Shown: positions 36,901 to 49,914 of the stretch, one piece after another | How the letters are laid out: each line of letters begins with the position of its first letter | How positions within the stretch are numbered: position 1 is the stretch's first letter | DNA from: Protoeuglena noctilucae | Lineage: Eukaryota | NCBI GenBank assembly: GCA_958009085.1 | Contig: OY253673.1 | Span: 1,302,001-1,366,000 of the forward strand | Length of the DNA stretch: 64,000 nt | Reading direction: 5' to 3' | The notes under the pieces: model-generated | Seen by the model: the letters and a program-made list of their open reading frames with translations, nothing else | Database searches by the model: none | What the model was told of the DNA's origin: nothing | Position numbers and translations under genes: made by a program

Positions 36901-39900
36901 CCACCTTCCGTGCGCCCCTGCGCGCAGAAGCGGGGGCAGCATGGGTGGCATGGGTGTACAAGGGTGCCAGTCAACTGGGCAGGGGTCGAGCAAAGCGGTG
37001 TAAAGTCAGACCCCATTAACATTTACGTCGTGACTCTGACCCGATATCGTGTGCGCATGGGCTCGTGGGGCGAGCGCTGTGTCACCACACCCGCGCACTC
37101 ACCACCGCGCCTCGGCAGACAGCACGAAGAGGCCGAGGGAGAGGGAAAGGAAGGCCAGGAAGCTGGGCAGCGCGAGGCTGACGAAGCACAGCGCCGTGGC
37201 TGCCACGTAGGTCTTGCCGCAGACCGCCTCGGCCACGGTCGTGATGTAAGCCACCGTGGTGTCGACCGTGTTGTTCAGCACAAGGTCCGCCAGCTTCTTG
37301 AAGAGCATCAGGATGATCTGACGCGCGTAGCCGGACCGCGCCAGGGTCGTCGCCTGCGGCAGACACCACAGTGTTGAGAGGTCGTCAAATGCATTGCGCC
37401 TCTTGCTTTGCATTCCTAGTGAACCCACACCCACAGTACAGTGCGCCACACTTGCGCGCATGCGCATCTCTCGCACCTAAACCTCAAAAAGCGACTGTGT
37501 GTCTTATTTGCAAGTAGCGCTCCCCGACACCCCACACTCCTCACCTCTGCGCCCTTCTTCGCCTCCCCTCCCGCATCCCCAGCGCCGCCCTTGGCCCCCG
37601 CAGTGGCCCGCGCCTGCGTTGCCCGCGCCGCCACCCGCGGCGACAGCAGTGACCCCGCCTCTCGCAGTTGCGAGGGCGACCGGGAGGGCGGCATGGTTCC
37701 CGTCCGCACTAGCGCACCCCTCGGTGCTTTGGGCACAGGGTCCACTTGCTCCTCGTCCGCGATGTCCGGCGGGAGCACCGACAGCCCCCCGGCCTTGAAA
37801 TTTGCCATCTTGGCTGGGGATGACAGCACGGTCTGCAACCGCCTGTCGCTTGGCACCTGCACCACTAACCCACGCCCCGCCGTGCTGCCCGGCCCCCGCG
37901 CCCCGGCCCCCCCCGCGGAGTCGCTGGCCGGCGCGATCTCCTCCGGAATTCTCGACACCTGCCGCCGCAGGAAGCCCCCTCCCTGGGGCACCACCGACCG
38001 CTCGCTCGCCGTCACGGACCCCTGTCGCGTGTTGCGAGGGCCGTCCTGGAAGCCACCCCCCTCCATCCACCCCAGCACATCGTACTGCAACAGCAAAGAC
38101 CAGGACAAAGGTCATGGCAACACTCTCACTCCAATGTCACGGGCGCTCTGTGTGCAACGGATGCGTACTAACACCACAGCCATCAATGCCACATGCGCAC
38201 ATCGCGTGCCGCCCCTCGCCTCGTCTTCGCTGCTCTCGAGTTCGTCCTCAAAGACGATGTCCGGCTCCGTGACGCCGAGCACCTGCCGAGCCATCTTCTC
38301 AGAGATACCGTACTGCGCCGCCTGTAGGACCATCGTGTCCTCTGCCCTCACCACCACGTGCTCGTGCCCCACCGCGCCCCTCGATTCCTGCGAATAGGAA
38401 TCGAATAGGAGCGATAGATGGGAAGATACGTGTGCTTCGCCCCACCCTGTGCGCCAACGCCACAGTCGCATTCATTGCCGCTGCTGCGTTCGATTCGATC
38501 ACTACAATGCTCAAACCAGATACCATCCATGGCACGAGTCCTCATACCCCATCGCAGCGCACCTGCTCCTTCGCGCGCGCGTGCAGCCACTGCTTGCTGG
38601 CCAGCGCCCCGATTGCCACGTACAGCCCGCACAGAGCCATGGCGTGCAGCACCCTCGGGACCAGCTGGTATGCCTTCAGCGACGCACTGATCTCGTACAG
38701 ACCCAGTCTGCGGGGGAAGGCGCACCCGCGCATCGCTACCACAAACGCCGTCCAACTCAGTGACACAGCACGTGAGCCCTGCTGCGGTCGGCGCGTCGCT
38801 GCCGGCCCGCACTCACCCGAGCCCCATCTGCAGCGGCAGCCTCTTCCGGAACTCCGGGATCTGCCAGAGGTACTGCAGGAGGCCGTAGAGCAGCGTGTAG
38901 ACCTGGAGCAGGCGGAACTGGTAGGCACGCACGGGCAGCTGGTAGCCCTTGCCCCAGTGGAGCACCCCTGCGGGGACGAGGAAGGCAAGGAATGCGTGTC
39001 AGGGCAGGCATGAAGAGGGCGAAATGGCTTAGAGGTACTCCAATCTGCTATGGGTGGAGAGGGTTGTTGCTAGTGAGTGTGAAGAGCAGGGCATCGCACC
39101 TCTCACGACGAGGGCCGTGTAGGGCAGGGAGAGCGTGCTGGGCCACGCGAGGCCGCAGACGACGATGCAGACGGCGGTGAGGATCTGGAAGGTGCCCACG
39201 CGCTGGTAGCGGTAGGGCTTGCTGTCGAACCCTTTGGCCCCGATGGCCTCGCGCAGGAAGACGAGGTTGTAGTTCTCGTGGAGCAGCGACTTGGCTTGGA
39301 TCAGCTGCCGGGGCGACAGGAGCAGGAGGTAGTGGTGGCGCTGGGCGTGGGCGAGGAGGTCGCTGTGACGCAGGAGCTCGCGCGTGCTGGCGATGAGGAG
39401 GAGGAGCTGCGGGACGAGGTACCGCGCCCACTCCGTGCTCCGCGACAGTTCCGAGAAACCCATCACGCGCACCACAGTCGCGGCGGCCGCGGTGTGCGAC
39501 ACCTGCGGGCATTTGCGTCGTTGCGGAGCGTGAGGGGTCGCCGGGCTCGCCCGCTCGGCGCCCGCGGGTCTCGCTGCGCAACGAGGATGCAGCTGAGACG
39601 CGTCTCACCTTCGCGCCCAACGCGTAGCAGACCTGCAGCGCCATGTTTGCGAGGAAGTCCAGTAACGTGACCGCCAGGACCGCAGCGGGCAGGGCGCGCA
39701 TCCACGCGACGAACGCGTACGTTGTCCGGTACCGTGTGCAAACGATGCCATAGACCATGAAGAGAAGCATGTAGACGAGCCCGACGATGGAGAAGGAAGT
39801 CAGCACCTGCGCGCGAGGCCCGTGAGCGGTGTGCTGGAGGTGCCTTCAACCCCGGATGGTCCAGACTCCTCGATCTCGCAATTTGGGATAGGCGGGTGCG

Positions 39901-40151
39901 CCCCCGGCTGCCGCGCGCCTCACCCGGGCGGCGAGGAACACGCCGAAGGCGAGCGTGGCTGGGTTCATCACCACGGCCCATTTCTTTCGGATAGACATCA
40001 CCGTCGCCTCGTCCACCTCGTTGGTGACGGCGCCCGTCGGCACATCGCTCGTCGGCAGAACGGGCTGCCTGCCGCTGCGGAGGCTCCACCGCGCCGACAT
40101 CTGCTCGCAAGGTGCAAGAGTGGGACCTTTCGGCGGGGAGATGGGCGACAT
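21995..40151 (-). CDS. PIEZO: Piezo-type mechanosensitive ion channel, ~29 exons, roughly 4,100 aa (start uncertain)
   Basis: Many transmembrane segments. Piezo signature IPFVFELRHLLDWACTLTTLRFSDWLLIEDI and ALQLRSGYP; inner helix SISGLYLGVVWAVGKFVR; C-terminus DDIYIARAEGDLEMEEELFWTLVTIYRVPSVLFELTRKKLK-TGA. Confidence 0.93.
22149..22240 (+). repeat. (GTGTGG)n hexamer microsatellite, ~14 copies, adjoining the last PIEZO 3' splice site
   Basis: Read directly; reads (CCACAC)n in the transcript sense. Confidence 0.95.
24055..24268 (+). repeat. Degenerate (GAGT)/(GAGG) repeat in a PIEZO intron (C-rich in the transcript sense)
   Basis: Read directly. Confidence 0.8.
25921..26000 (+). repeat. Degenerate AGCATGTR octamer array in a PIEZO intron
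   Basis: Repeated agcatgtg/agcatgta units. Confidence 0.75.
31900..32283 (-). repeat. 68-bp minisatellite: 5 intronic copies, each containing the PIEZO exon end and 5' splice site, plus the genuine junction
   Basis: Core TACTCGTACGTCATGCA (+ strand) starts at about 31923, 31991, 32059, 32127, 32195 and 32266; the last is exonic. Confidence 0.92.
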
Positions 40152-40715
40152 GCGTTGTACGAGAGCGTCATCAGCACCGCGCAGACGCAGGGATCCCAAG
40201 GTCGCCGCGACACAGGCATTCGACGTCACCTTGGCTGGTCCTCAGCCACTGGGCACGTCCCCCAAGCGCTTCGTCCCAGCGAGTCCCCGATGGCCTAGAG
40301 GCCCTCAACCCGAGGCCATCTCACAGCATGTCTCGCCGGGATTCAGTCCCCGCGCGTGCAGGGGGGCTTCAGAGGACTCCACATTCACACCGGTCCCAAC
40401 TCTTGCTAACACAGGCAGCCACCGCACTTAAATGTCATATGTTGAAAGATCCACGGTCCGTTTGCATCGACAACGGCGGAGCGAGTTGTTTTCTGACAGG
40501 GGTAGACCCCGCGCGTCCCAGCGCAAGCCGAAACAGGCGTGACGGCATCGCGTACAGTACACATTGCATGCAGGAGTCAGGAGCGATCACCGCCCGGCCG
40601 AGCTGTCCGCCGCCGGGCGCGGCAGTCCTTTGAACCGTGGAGGCGGAGGCCGCACGAGCACGCCGCTGGGGGAGCCGCTGGCCGCGAGACGCCCCTGAGC
40701 GGGCGCGCTCGTGCC

Positions 40716-43700
40716 ATGGATCCCGATGGAATCGACCGGCAGGCGCAGGGTGAGTGGGAGGACGGGCGCTGGCCCGCTCGCGCATGCACGCTCCTCCGGC
40801 AGCGTCGCTAGCGCGCGCACTCGCAGGCCTGATGGATGACGTGCCAGTCTACGGCTGGATCCTTGATGGGGAGCCCCCGGGTGGCCAAGCTGAGGAGTCC
40901 GCAGCGGAGGACAGCGTGTCGGCCTCGCATCTGGAGGTCCCGGAGGCAAGCCGACGCACCGGTGAGGTCGACAGGGACGCCAGCAGCTAAAACCAAAGCA
41001 AAGGAAGGCGCAGCAATCGATGCGGGCCCGTGAATTCTCTCGCAGAAGGGCAGGAGACGCAGTCGCGCCTGGTGCGGCAGAGCGCCCTGGGTGACGCTGA
41101 GCAACGGGCCCGGCAGTTGTTCGAAGAGCACTATGGCAAGTCTCTGCCCATGGGCGTGGAGCTCCGGAGCATGAGGAGGAACCAGGAGCAGAGGGGTGTC
41201 CGGTGCGGACCGACAAAGCCACCCTGCACAGCACGTCTCGCTCTGACACTCTAGCCGCACCTGCGCTGACCACGCGGCCCTTCCCCGAGCGCAGGGAGTC
41301 CTACACCCTCGAGCACCTCCGCCGCCTGGTGTTGTGGGAGAGTAAGCGCCCGCTGTTCTCGACCAGCAAGGCCCCTCACTGCTCCAAGTTGGGCCACCCA
41401 AATACCTGCAAAACGTGCACGTCATGCCACTTTTGCCGGCAGAAGACGATGGACATCAAGACCTTCTGTCCCTGCGAGCACATCGACGAGGTGGCGGGGT
41501 CCATGCGTGGCGCGTGGTGCCGGAGTTGCCTGGAGGGGCGCATGGGGGAGGACTTCGAGGCCACGATGAGGCGAGTTGTTTGCACAGGGGCTAGGAAATG
41601 TCGAGTTCCCGATGAGGTGAGTGGGCTGGCAAGGGGCCAGTATATGTCGAGGTAACGACTAGGTGCTGAGCGCAGCAGGGGAGTGGGTGCATGCCGCGGA
41701 TGTTGAGATGACGCCCGTGTGTGTTCTTAGGGTGCGGCTGTCGGAAGGGTGAGGGTGTGGCCGGGTTGATGGCACGCAGGGCGTGCAAGGAGGGCCGCTG
41801 GCGGTGCCCGTGCTGTCGCGACATCTGCAATTGCTCGGGGAAGACGTGCGTGCGGGGCAAGCGGAACTGGGATACGACGGGCCAGCTGGCGGGCGAAGCG
41901 AGGAAGTGAGGAGCGCATGCCATGCCACGTGAATGCTTCCTGTGCATGTCATGGCTGGGTGGTGGTGGCAGGGCTCGCACTCGCACAGCTGACGCGCGAC
42001 CCGACCCTTTCCGCAGGAACGGGTTCCTGTCCGCGGCTCATTACCTCATCCTGACGGCGCTGGCCAAGCATGGCAGTGTGAGGCCCGTCGACCACGTCCC
42101 GGCGCATGCGTACGGAACAACCAAGAGACTTCAAGCGCAGGTGTGTGAAAGAGAGGCCAAGGGATTGTTCAAGAGTTTGACGATTTGTGAGGCTACTTAG
42201 CTGTTTGTTGGAACCACTGGTGGCATGGGTGACTGGGTGGCAGGCTGGCGGGCTGCGAGGCTGACGGTGGCTTGCCCGCTTGAGTGCTGGAGAGCCGCAG
42301 AGACCATGTGTTGCAACCCACTCCCCACGCTGCCGCAGCCGTCGGGCCCCGTGGCTCCCGCGCAAAGGAGGCGCGAGTCGGTCAAGAAGCGAGTGCGGCG
42401 GGAGAAGGCGGCAGTGCACGCGGTGCTGATGGTGAGAGTTGCTGAGGCAGACAGTCGGTGGGTGGCCGTACGCTTTGCACTGGGCTCACAGACACCGCCT
42501 CATGTTCGCGCCCACCCATGCCTCTCCCGTGCTTGTTGTCTCCAATCCTCGCCTAGCCCCGGCCTCCTCCCCTCGTCCCCTCCCCAGGCGCCATCGTTCC
42601 GGGCCCCCGACCTCTCTCCCTTCCGCGCCCTGATGTGCGCCTTCAGCCTCTTTGCGCCCATGGACAGGCACGAGGACAACGACGACACGCCTCTGGACGA
42701 ATTCGCAGACGCCGACGGGGCGGCCCAGCAGCAGCCAGCACCGGCGAGCCGAGGCATCGTCGTGGGCCGTGCCGTGGTCCCAGGCAGGGTCGCCCCCGCG
42801 GGTCTGGCCCCTCCCGCACCTGCCCCGCGACAAGCCATAGGCCCTCCCGGCACGTCGGCGGCCGCCGCGCGTGCCGTCAGGTCGCGCACTGGCAGGGCGG
42901 AACCAGGAGTCGATGCCTTGGACCCCATGGAAGCAGCCGGGTTCCGCCATGAGGGCGCCTTGCCAGCCCAGCTGCCCTCGGAAGGCCCCAGTTGGGGTGA
43001 CGCGCCCGCAGCAGTGGGACCCTTGATTGGCGGCGCTGGGCTGAGGCCCCGCGAGGGGACTGCAGGCGCTGCCGGGGTCGTCATGCCTCTGGTGCCGCTC
43101 CCTGCTGCCACCTCCACCGCCACCGTCACGACTGGTGCGCCCGGTGGGTCCGGTGTCGCCACGGCTGGGCCTTCAGACGACGACCTCCTGGCCCTGGACG
43201 TCGACAGCCTGGTTGGCGGTGCCAGACCGATGGCTGAAAGCGTCGATGGCCCAGTGGCGGCTTCCCAGGGGCACTCGGTGGCGGCGGTCACGGCCGACGC
43301 AACTGTGGAGGGCATGTCGCCTGGCCCTTTCATAAGCCCAGACGATATGAGGGGCGTGAACCCCGCTCGGCAGCCGCTGAGGACGCTGGGCGGGGTCCCT
43401 GCGGTGCGCGACAGGGCGGCGGGGTGGGGCGGGGTGGTGAGCGTGACGCAGCAGGACGGAGGGGGCGAAGGCGGGGCCGGCAGGGTCGTGGTGTGGGACG
43501 CGGGGGCGGTAAACATGGCTCTCGGGGCGCTGGAGATGGCCCAAGTGGCGCAGGCGGGGGGCTTTGGGGGCCGGCAGCCGGCGCCAGTGTGGAACATGCC
43601 CCCGCAAGAAACACGCGCGTCGGGCCGGGAGGGCAGTGGCGTGCGGGATCCTGTTAGGGCGGAGACGGGGCTGTATTTCGATCGGGCGCAGTCGTCGGGA

Positions 43701-46700
43701 GTGGGCGGGGAGACGCGGGGGGAGTCGGGCGGACATGTATTATTAGTGGGAGTGACGGGGGCTGGGGTGGGGGCGAGCAGCGGGGGCAGCGTCGCGCGTG
43801 GCAGGGCAGTGCCGGTCCCGGTCGCTTTGGTGGAGCCCGGGGCTTCGGAGGTGGAGCAGCAGGCGGTGTGGATGGCGCCTCTGGTGCAAATGAGGTGACA
43901 CGGAAGGAGTAGGCGTGGCTCTGCTGATCGCTGTGCCTCTGTCCTGCATCAACCTCAATGCAAACCTCTTCTGTTAGATGCCATCGCTACTGGGTAATTG
44001 CCCTAGTATCTCATTCCCAATGATCGACTCCCTCGCAGGGAGGAGGCCCGAGCGACGCGGCGTGCGGCCCGGCAGGTGGTGCGCAAGCGCAAGGGCCCGC
44101 CGCTGAAGCGACCGGGGGATCCCAAGCGCCGGGCCGGCACAGAGCGGCCGCGACTGGCCCCGGCTTTCTCGTCAGGGCAGGGCGGCCGGGCCGTGACGGA
44201 GCGGCGCGAGCGTGCACAAGCGCCATCCACGTCCGCGCAGCCCTCCACCTCCGGGCGGGGATCGGAGAGGACGCAGTCGGGGCACAGCAGGCCCAAATCA
44301 CGGGGCCGTGTTCTGCTGGACGATTCGGATTCGGAAGATGAGGTGGACATGGGTGGGGATGCCGACGAGGTGTCCAGCCCAGGGGTCGGGAGGGGCCAGG
44401 CGTCACAGGTCAGCGTGCCTGCCACGCAAGAGGAACAGGATGCGCGTATGGAGGCGAGCGAGGGTGCGGGGGTGGCACGGGGTGCATTGGGGCGCGGGGT
44501 GGGCGCGGACGGGTCTGCAGGAGAGGGCGACATGGGGTATGGGCCGGGGAAGCCCGAACGCCCTGCAACTCAGCTGGAGGGGTTCGAAGTGGATGGGGCG
44601 GATGAGGACGAAGGCGATGGATTCGACCTGGAGTTGGAGCTGGCAAAGGGGGACTGCGCGGCTGCAGTGGAGGAGGCCAATGCGGTGGTGGCGGTGGTCA
44701 AGGAGATGGGCAAGGTGAGGGTGCAAGTGTGAGTGGAGTGGGTATGGGGGGTAAGGAAGGGTGTTCGCACGGTGAGGGTGAGTAGCTGCAGCGTCGCATA
44801 TATACGTGCCCACAGTGTACAATTTGCTTTTTCTGACCCTTCCTCTGACCCCAGACCTGGCTCGAGCAGTCCGCGGACCCCAACGCCTCGGCGTCCTTTG
44901 AGGCGGTGTGCAAGAAACAGCTGACGGACCTGCAGAACCGACTGGCCGAGCCGAGCCTGGGCCTGGCGTCCTCCGTCTGCTTTGATGTGCTCAACGCAGA
45001 CGAGTGCACGGCGACGCAGGCATCGGCTGCGTCCACGCTGCTTCATGTGCCCGAGGGCAAGCGCAGGCGAGGGGCAGCTAGTGATGCCAGAGACGGCGCT
45101 GGCAGATGTGGACCGATCGCATGGACCAAGACAGCGGCTGGTTTTGTGGGTGGCGTCAGGCGTGGTCGTCCCTGCTGCCTACCTGGGTGGGGGGCCCTGG
45201 GTAGGTGGCACTGCGTCACCGCCTGTCTTGCTCATCCCGCTCCGCCTTTCCTACCCCCTCAGGGTGCCAGTGTGGCTCCTGGACCGGATGCTGGAGGTGG
45301 CGGGGGTGGTCTTTGCGTGCCTGCCCCTGCCAGTGCTGCGTTCCCAGTGCAAGGTGCTCCTGCGGTGGTTCTTCTCCGGAAAGACATTTGTGGACTTTGC
45401 CAGGAGCCACCCGGACCCCCAGACAAGGTGCGGTGATGCCTCAGAGACACGCATGTTGGTGTCGCGTGGGTGCGATGTGTTGGTAAGCGCATGCTGCCTC
45501 CTGCTCCACGCCCGTCCACGGCCACCGCGGCCACTACCGGCGTCTTGCACATGCCCGCAGAGCCATCTCCGCCCTCGTCGCCACCCTCCGCACCCTGTCC
45601 GAGCGCGGCGCCGACCACTCCACCGTCGCGCCCGTCGCGGCCGAGCTGTTCCGCCACCTGGACTGCGCGCGGGCGCAGTGGCACGCGGCGCTGCACGCCC
45701 GGTCCTGCCTCGTGGTCCAAGCCACCCTCGACGGCATCCCAGACGTGGTCTTCCGACGCGACCCGCACCCCGTGACCCTGTGCCACCTGGTCCTGCCACC
45801 CGCCGAGGACGACGAGAGCGCCCTCCGTCGCGCCGCCGCCGCCGACACCGTCCTCGCCATGACCACCAACGTTCTCCTGTCCGCCCTCGCCCCCCTGGCC
45901 GGCCTCTGCCTCGGCACCCTCGTGCGCGATGAAGCGGGGGCCGTGGTGGCCTACGAGCTCACGCCGACCCTCGCGCCCCTGCTGCGCGCCCTCTGCGGCC
46001 CGGAGCTCGTGCGCCTGCTCTTTGAGCCCGCCCTGGGAAAGGCGAGGGGTCGCTGAGTGGGATGCTCAGCGAGCGCTTGTGTGATGGCCTGTGTGCGGTA
46101 TCGTTGCCGAGCCCTGCGGACCTGGCACCCACCCGGCGCCTCAACGGCCCGCCCTGCCGCTCCCGCAGGCCTCCGTGCGCCACGCCGTCATGTCTATCCT
46201 CACCCAGGCCGCCTGCCACGCCTCCCTCATCCTCCAGCACCAGCCACGCCACGACCCCTCCAACCCCCCCAGCGTGACAGCCGAGGACGCCGCGGCCGCC
46301 CTGCGCGCCTGCTCCGACCTCGTGCTCCCCGCTTTGGAGCTCTTCATCCGCCAGGACTTCCCAGCGAGGGCCGAGCCCGGCATGGCTGCCTCGACCGCCA
46401 CCCCCGACCGAGCCGCCGCCTTCGCCGCCCAGCATCTCAACCCGCAAAGCGATCCCTGCGCCGTCGCCGCGTTCGGCGCAGCGCCCGCGGTGCCCGGCGG
46501 CCTCGGCCGTGCCGCCCTGGAGTGCCGGGCCCACGTGCACGGCGCGATTGTGGCTGCGTCGGCATGGCTGCCCGGCTGCCCCGATGCAGAGTGGGCGTCC
46601 GTGGAGGCCTTCGCTTTCATGCACCCCGAGGGCGCACGCGGTGGCTGGCGGCGCCTCTTCGCCTCCCCCTACCGAGCTGCAGCGCTGGCCTACACCTTTG

Positions 46701-49700
46701 CGGCGGCATCCAAATGCGCATCCGCGGTGCGCGCCCGGACCGCCACCGTCGCCAGCCTCACCTCTTGCTGGCTCATGGCGAGTGGCATGCGGGAATATCA
46801 TCCACAACGTTGTGTCGCAATCTCTCACAGTTACTTACTGCTCACACTCCCTTACCCCTCACAGCCTCTTACCGCCCACACGCCACCCTTCCCCACCCGC
46901 AGGCGTGCCTGGACATCGGCGTGGCCCCAGAGCTGGCCGCAGCCACGCGCATACTCAGTCATCCCTCTTTGCTAGGTACCAGTCTCTTCCACGCCGTCCC
47001 CGCCATCCCTGTGCGTGACGTCCAGGGCCGCGCCCGCACCGCCGCCGTCCGCCAGGTCCTCTGCAACGCCGCGTGGCTAGGCGTGGCCTCACCCCTGCGA
47101 CCCGCCGACTGCCTGGCGGGTGCCGACGTGGCCCTCCTACGCGCCTGGTCGTCGGTGCGCTGCACGGGCGTCGATCGCGCCGACACATGGACCGCCGCGG
47201 CCTGCCGGTGCCTACACGCCGCGCTCACGAGCCCCGGGCTGTGGGACGCAAACAGTGCCGTTATTAGCAGTCTCTGGGGCCAGTGGGCGGCCCTGGCTGT
47301 GGCCGCACCCGCCTGGCACAAACACCAGTGGCTGGAGGGGCTGGTGGACGGGGGTGCGAGTGTGGGGGAGGGACAGGGCGACGGTAGCGGTGGCGTGGCG
47401 GGGGAGTGGGAGGCGGCGCGACGGACGCTGCGCGCGGGGCTGGGGACGGTGCTCCGTGAGGCGCTGACATCGGCGGAGGTCGGGGCAGCGAGCGGCGGTG
47501 GGGTCGTGGACCTACTCGCCAGGGTGAGGACGCACCTTGCAGCGCTTCGATAGTGCCGTTGGCATGAAATACTTGCCACGTCTGCATTCCTTGCCTCCCG
47601 ACCCTGCCCGCAGAGCCTATCCCACCCTGCGCCGGGCGGCCTCCCTCCGTTAGCGGCTGCGGTGGTGTTCGTCATCGATGCAGCCCTGCGCATTGCGGGG
47701 CTTCCCAACCCGCGCCGCTCCGAGTCCCGAGCTCCTAGTGTGGGAGGCAGAGGTGGTGGTGCAGTTGATGGGGATGCCGGTGGTGGTCCGGCGGGTGGTG
47801 CGACGGCTGGGTACTCGGGCCGTGACCCCTGGGGGGACGCTACGGTGGCAATCGTGGCAGAGGCCGTGGCGGGCGCTGGCTTCAAGGCGGCGGCGCTCGT
47901 GGCCGGCTCCCTGTGCCGCGCTTGCATGCGGGAGTGGCGGCGGGTGCCTAATGGGATGGGGCGGGCGGTGGCCGCAGCCAAGCTGGTGAGGGCCGGCAAC
48001 GCATGCCATTACCCATGTCGTGCATGAACGCAGGCGCGGTACACTTGCTCAGCCACACATTCCCTGGCCCTCACTGGGCAACCCTGTTGCTGCCACAGCG
48101 TGCGATCCCAGCCCTTACCTGCCAACCCTCTCTCTTACACACACAGGGATGGGCCCTCGTCGGGCATTGGCCCCCCGACTCGGACGAGGCGCGGGGATGC
48201 GCCGCACACCTCTTGGGCCCGACTGCAGAGCTCCTCACTGACCTGCTCCAAGGCACACCGCCCCCGCCCCATGCCGGCCCGCACCCTGCGACCCACGTCG
48301 CCCGCCTCCTCGAGACCCACACCCCGCACGTACCCATGCTCTGCGCCGCCACACTCGGGCCGCAACCCCCACCCGCTGCCAGCCCCAACCCCGCGCCCCT
48401 GCGCCACCTGTCAGGCGTCACCGCCTCCGCCTTCCACCCCTGCGCCGCTGCGACCCTGGCTGCGCTCCGGGACGCCTGCGTGTCCGTCGCGCTGCGGTTC
48501 AGCGGGGCACCGAACCCGTCCGCAGCTGCGGCAGCAACCGGCCCCGCCCGTGCTCCGGACCCCGCCCTTCTCCGGGCCGTCGATGAGCTTCAGGCCACCC
48601 AAGAGATGCAAGCGCTCTCCACGCAAGCGGCCACCCAGGCACCCGGGCTTGCGAGGGGCGGCGGTGACTCCCCCGCGGCAGCTGGGCCCCTGACAGCCGC
48701 GTCGGCCCAGGCGCTCGCCCACTGCCTGTCCCTCAGCCTGGGCCTGTGCTTTCCGTCCGAGGCCTCGGGAGACGTCATGCGGCGCCAGCACTTGTCGGGA
48801 CTGCTGTGGCGCGTGGACCACATCTCCGGCGACGACACGCCCGATGGCAGTGCACGCGCGGGGGTGGCGGGGGCGAGAGCTGGGGCAGTGGCAGGGACAG
48901 TTGCGTGCATGGAGTGGTACCCGGCGATGTCGAAGGCAATTCTGCTCCTGGGAGCGGTCGCCAATTACGGGGGACGCGACTTGGTGGGTGGCTTCTTCCA
49001 ATACACCCACCCGGCCCTGAATGAGCTTATGACATCGGGGCATGTGGGGCTGGAGCCGGAGCAGGCCCTGCGCGTGCGCAAGCAGCTCTCCAAGGTGGCT
49101 GAGACGCACAACAAGCTCGTCGACGCGTGCGGGCTGAGCAGGGAAGCGCGGCGTGAGCTGCGGCTGCAACTAAGAGTGCCAGAGCCGGTCGGGGAGCAGC
49201 GGCCGGATGTTGGTGGGGGCGGAGGGAGGGGCGGAGGGGTGAAGTCGCGCGGCGGGAGGGCACTGCAGCGGCGGGACGGGAACGCGGCGGGCGGCAGCGA
49301 CGCCGGGCACACTCGCAGGGCCACAGAGGGCGGGGCAGCACGCACGCCTCCGTTGGGCGCGGCGGGGGGTATGGTCGGGGCTGGGGCAGCGGAGGCGGGT
49401 GCCTCTGTCCGCGAGGTGTGCGTGGGGAAACCCGCGCAGCGTCGGGCGATGGTTATGGAGATGAACGGGCGGCCAGTGCACGCCCTTAAGATGGTGGGGT
49501 GCGGGAGCGGAGCGAAGAAGGTAGTAGGGAAGGTGCTGTCTGTAGAGTGGGTGGAGGTGCCAGGGGAGTCTGGGGAAGCATCGAGGGCCTTGATGGTGGG
49601 AGTCGAGGCAAAGGACCCCGATACCCAGCAGCTGTGCAAGGCCGAGGTTGAGTTCAGGTGAGGGCGGCAGTGGGTAGCTGGCCGCGCAGGGGCGGCCATA

Positions 49701-49914
49701 AGAGCATGAACGACACTGTTCTCGTGTCTCCGTGTGCAGTGGGGGGTCCGAGGAGGCGCTGGATGAGTGGCTGCAAGAGCATAAGCAGTGGGTCGCGGGG
49801 CGTCGTTTGGGGAAGAACGTGCAAATGGCAGTAAAGGGAGGCAACGTGTTGGTGACTCTGCCGGGGTGGAACGACCCGCAGTGCAAGTGCAGCTGCCGAC
49901 TGCCCCACAAATGA
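40716..49914 (+). CDS. Large protein (~2,350 aa, ~17 exons) with an N-terminal CDCA7-type zf-4CXXC_R1 zinc finger
   Basis: Spliced finger: SCHFCRQKTMDIKTFC...RGAWCRSCLEGRMGE...WRCPCCRDICNCS...TGQLAGEARKNGFLSAAHYL. All downstream junctions are phase-compatible through to the TGA at 49912-49914. Confidence 0.75.
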
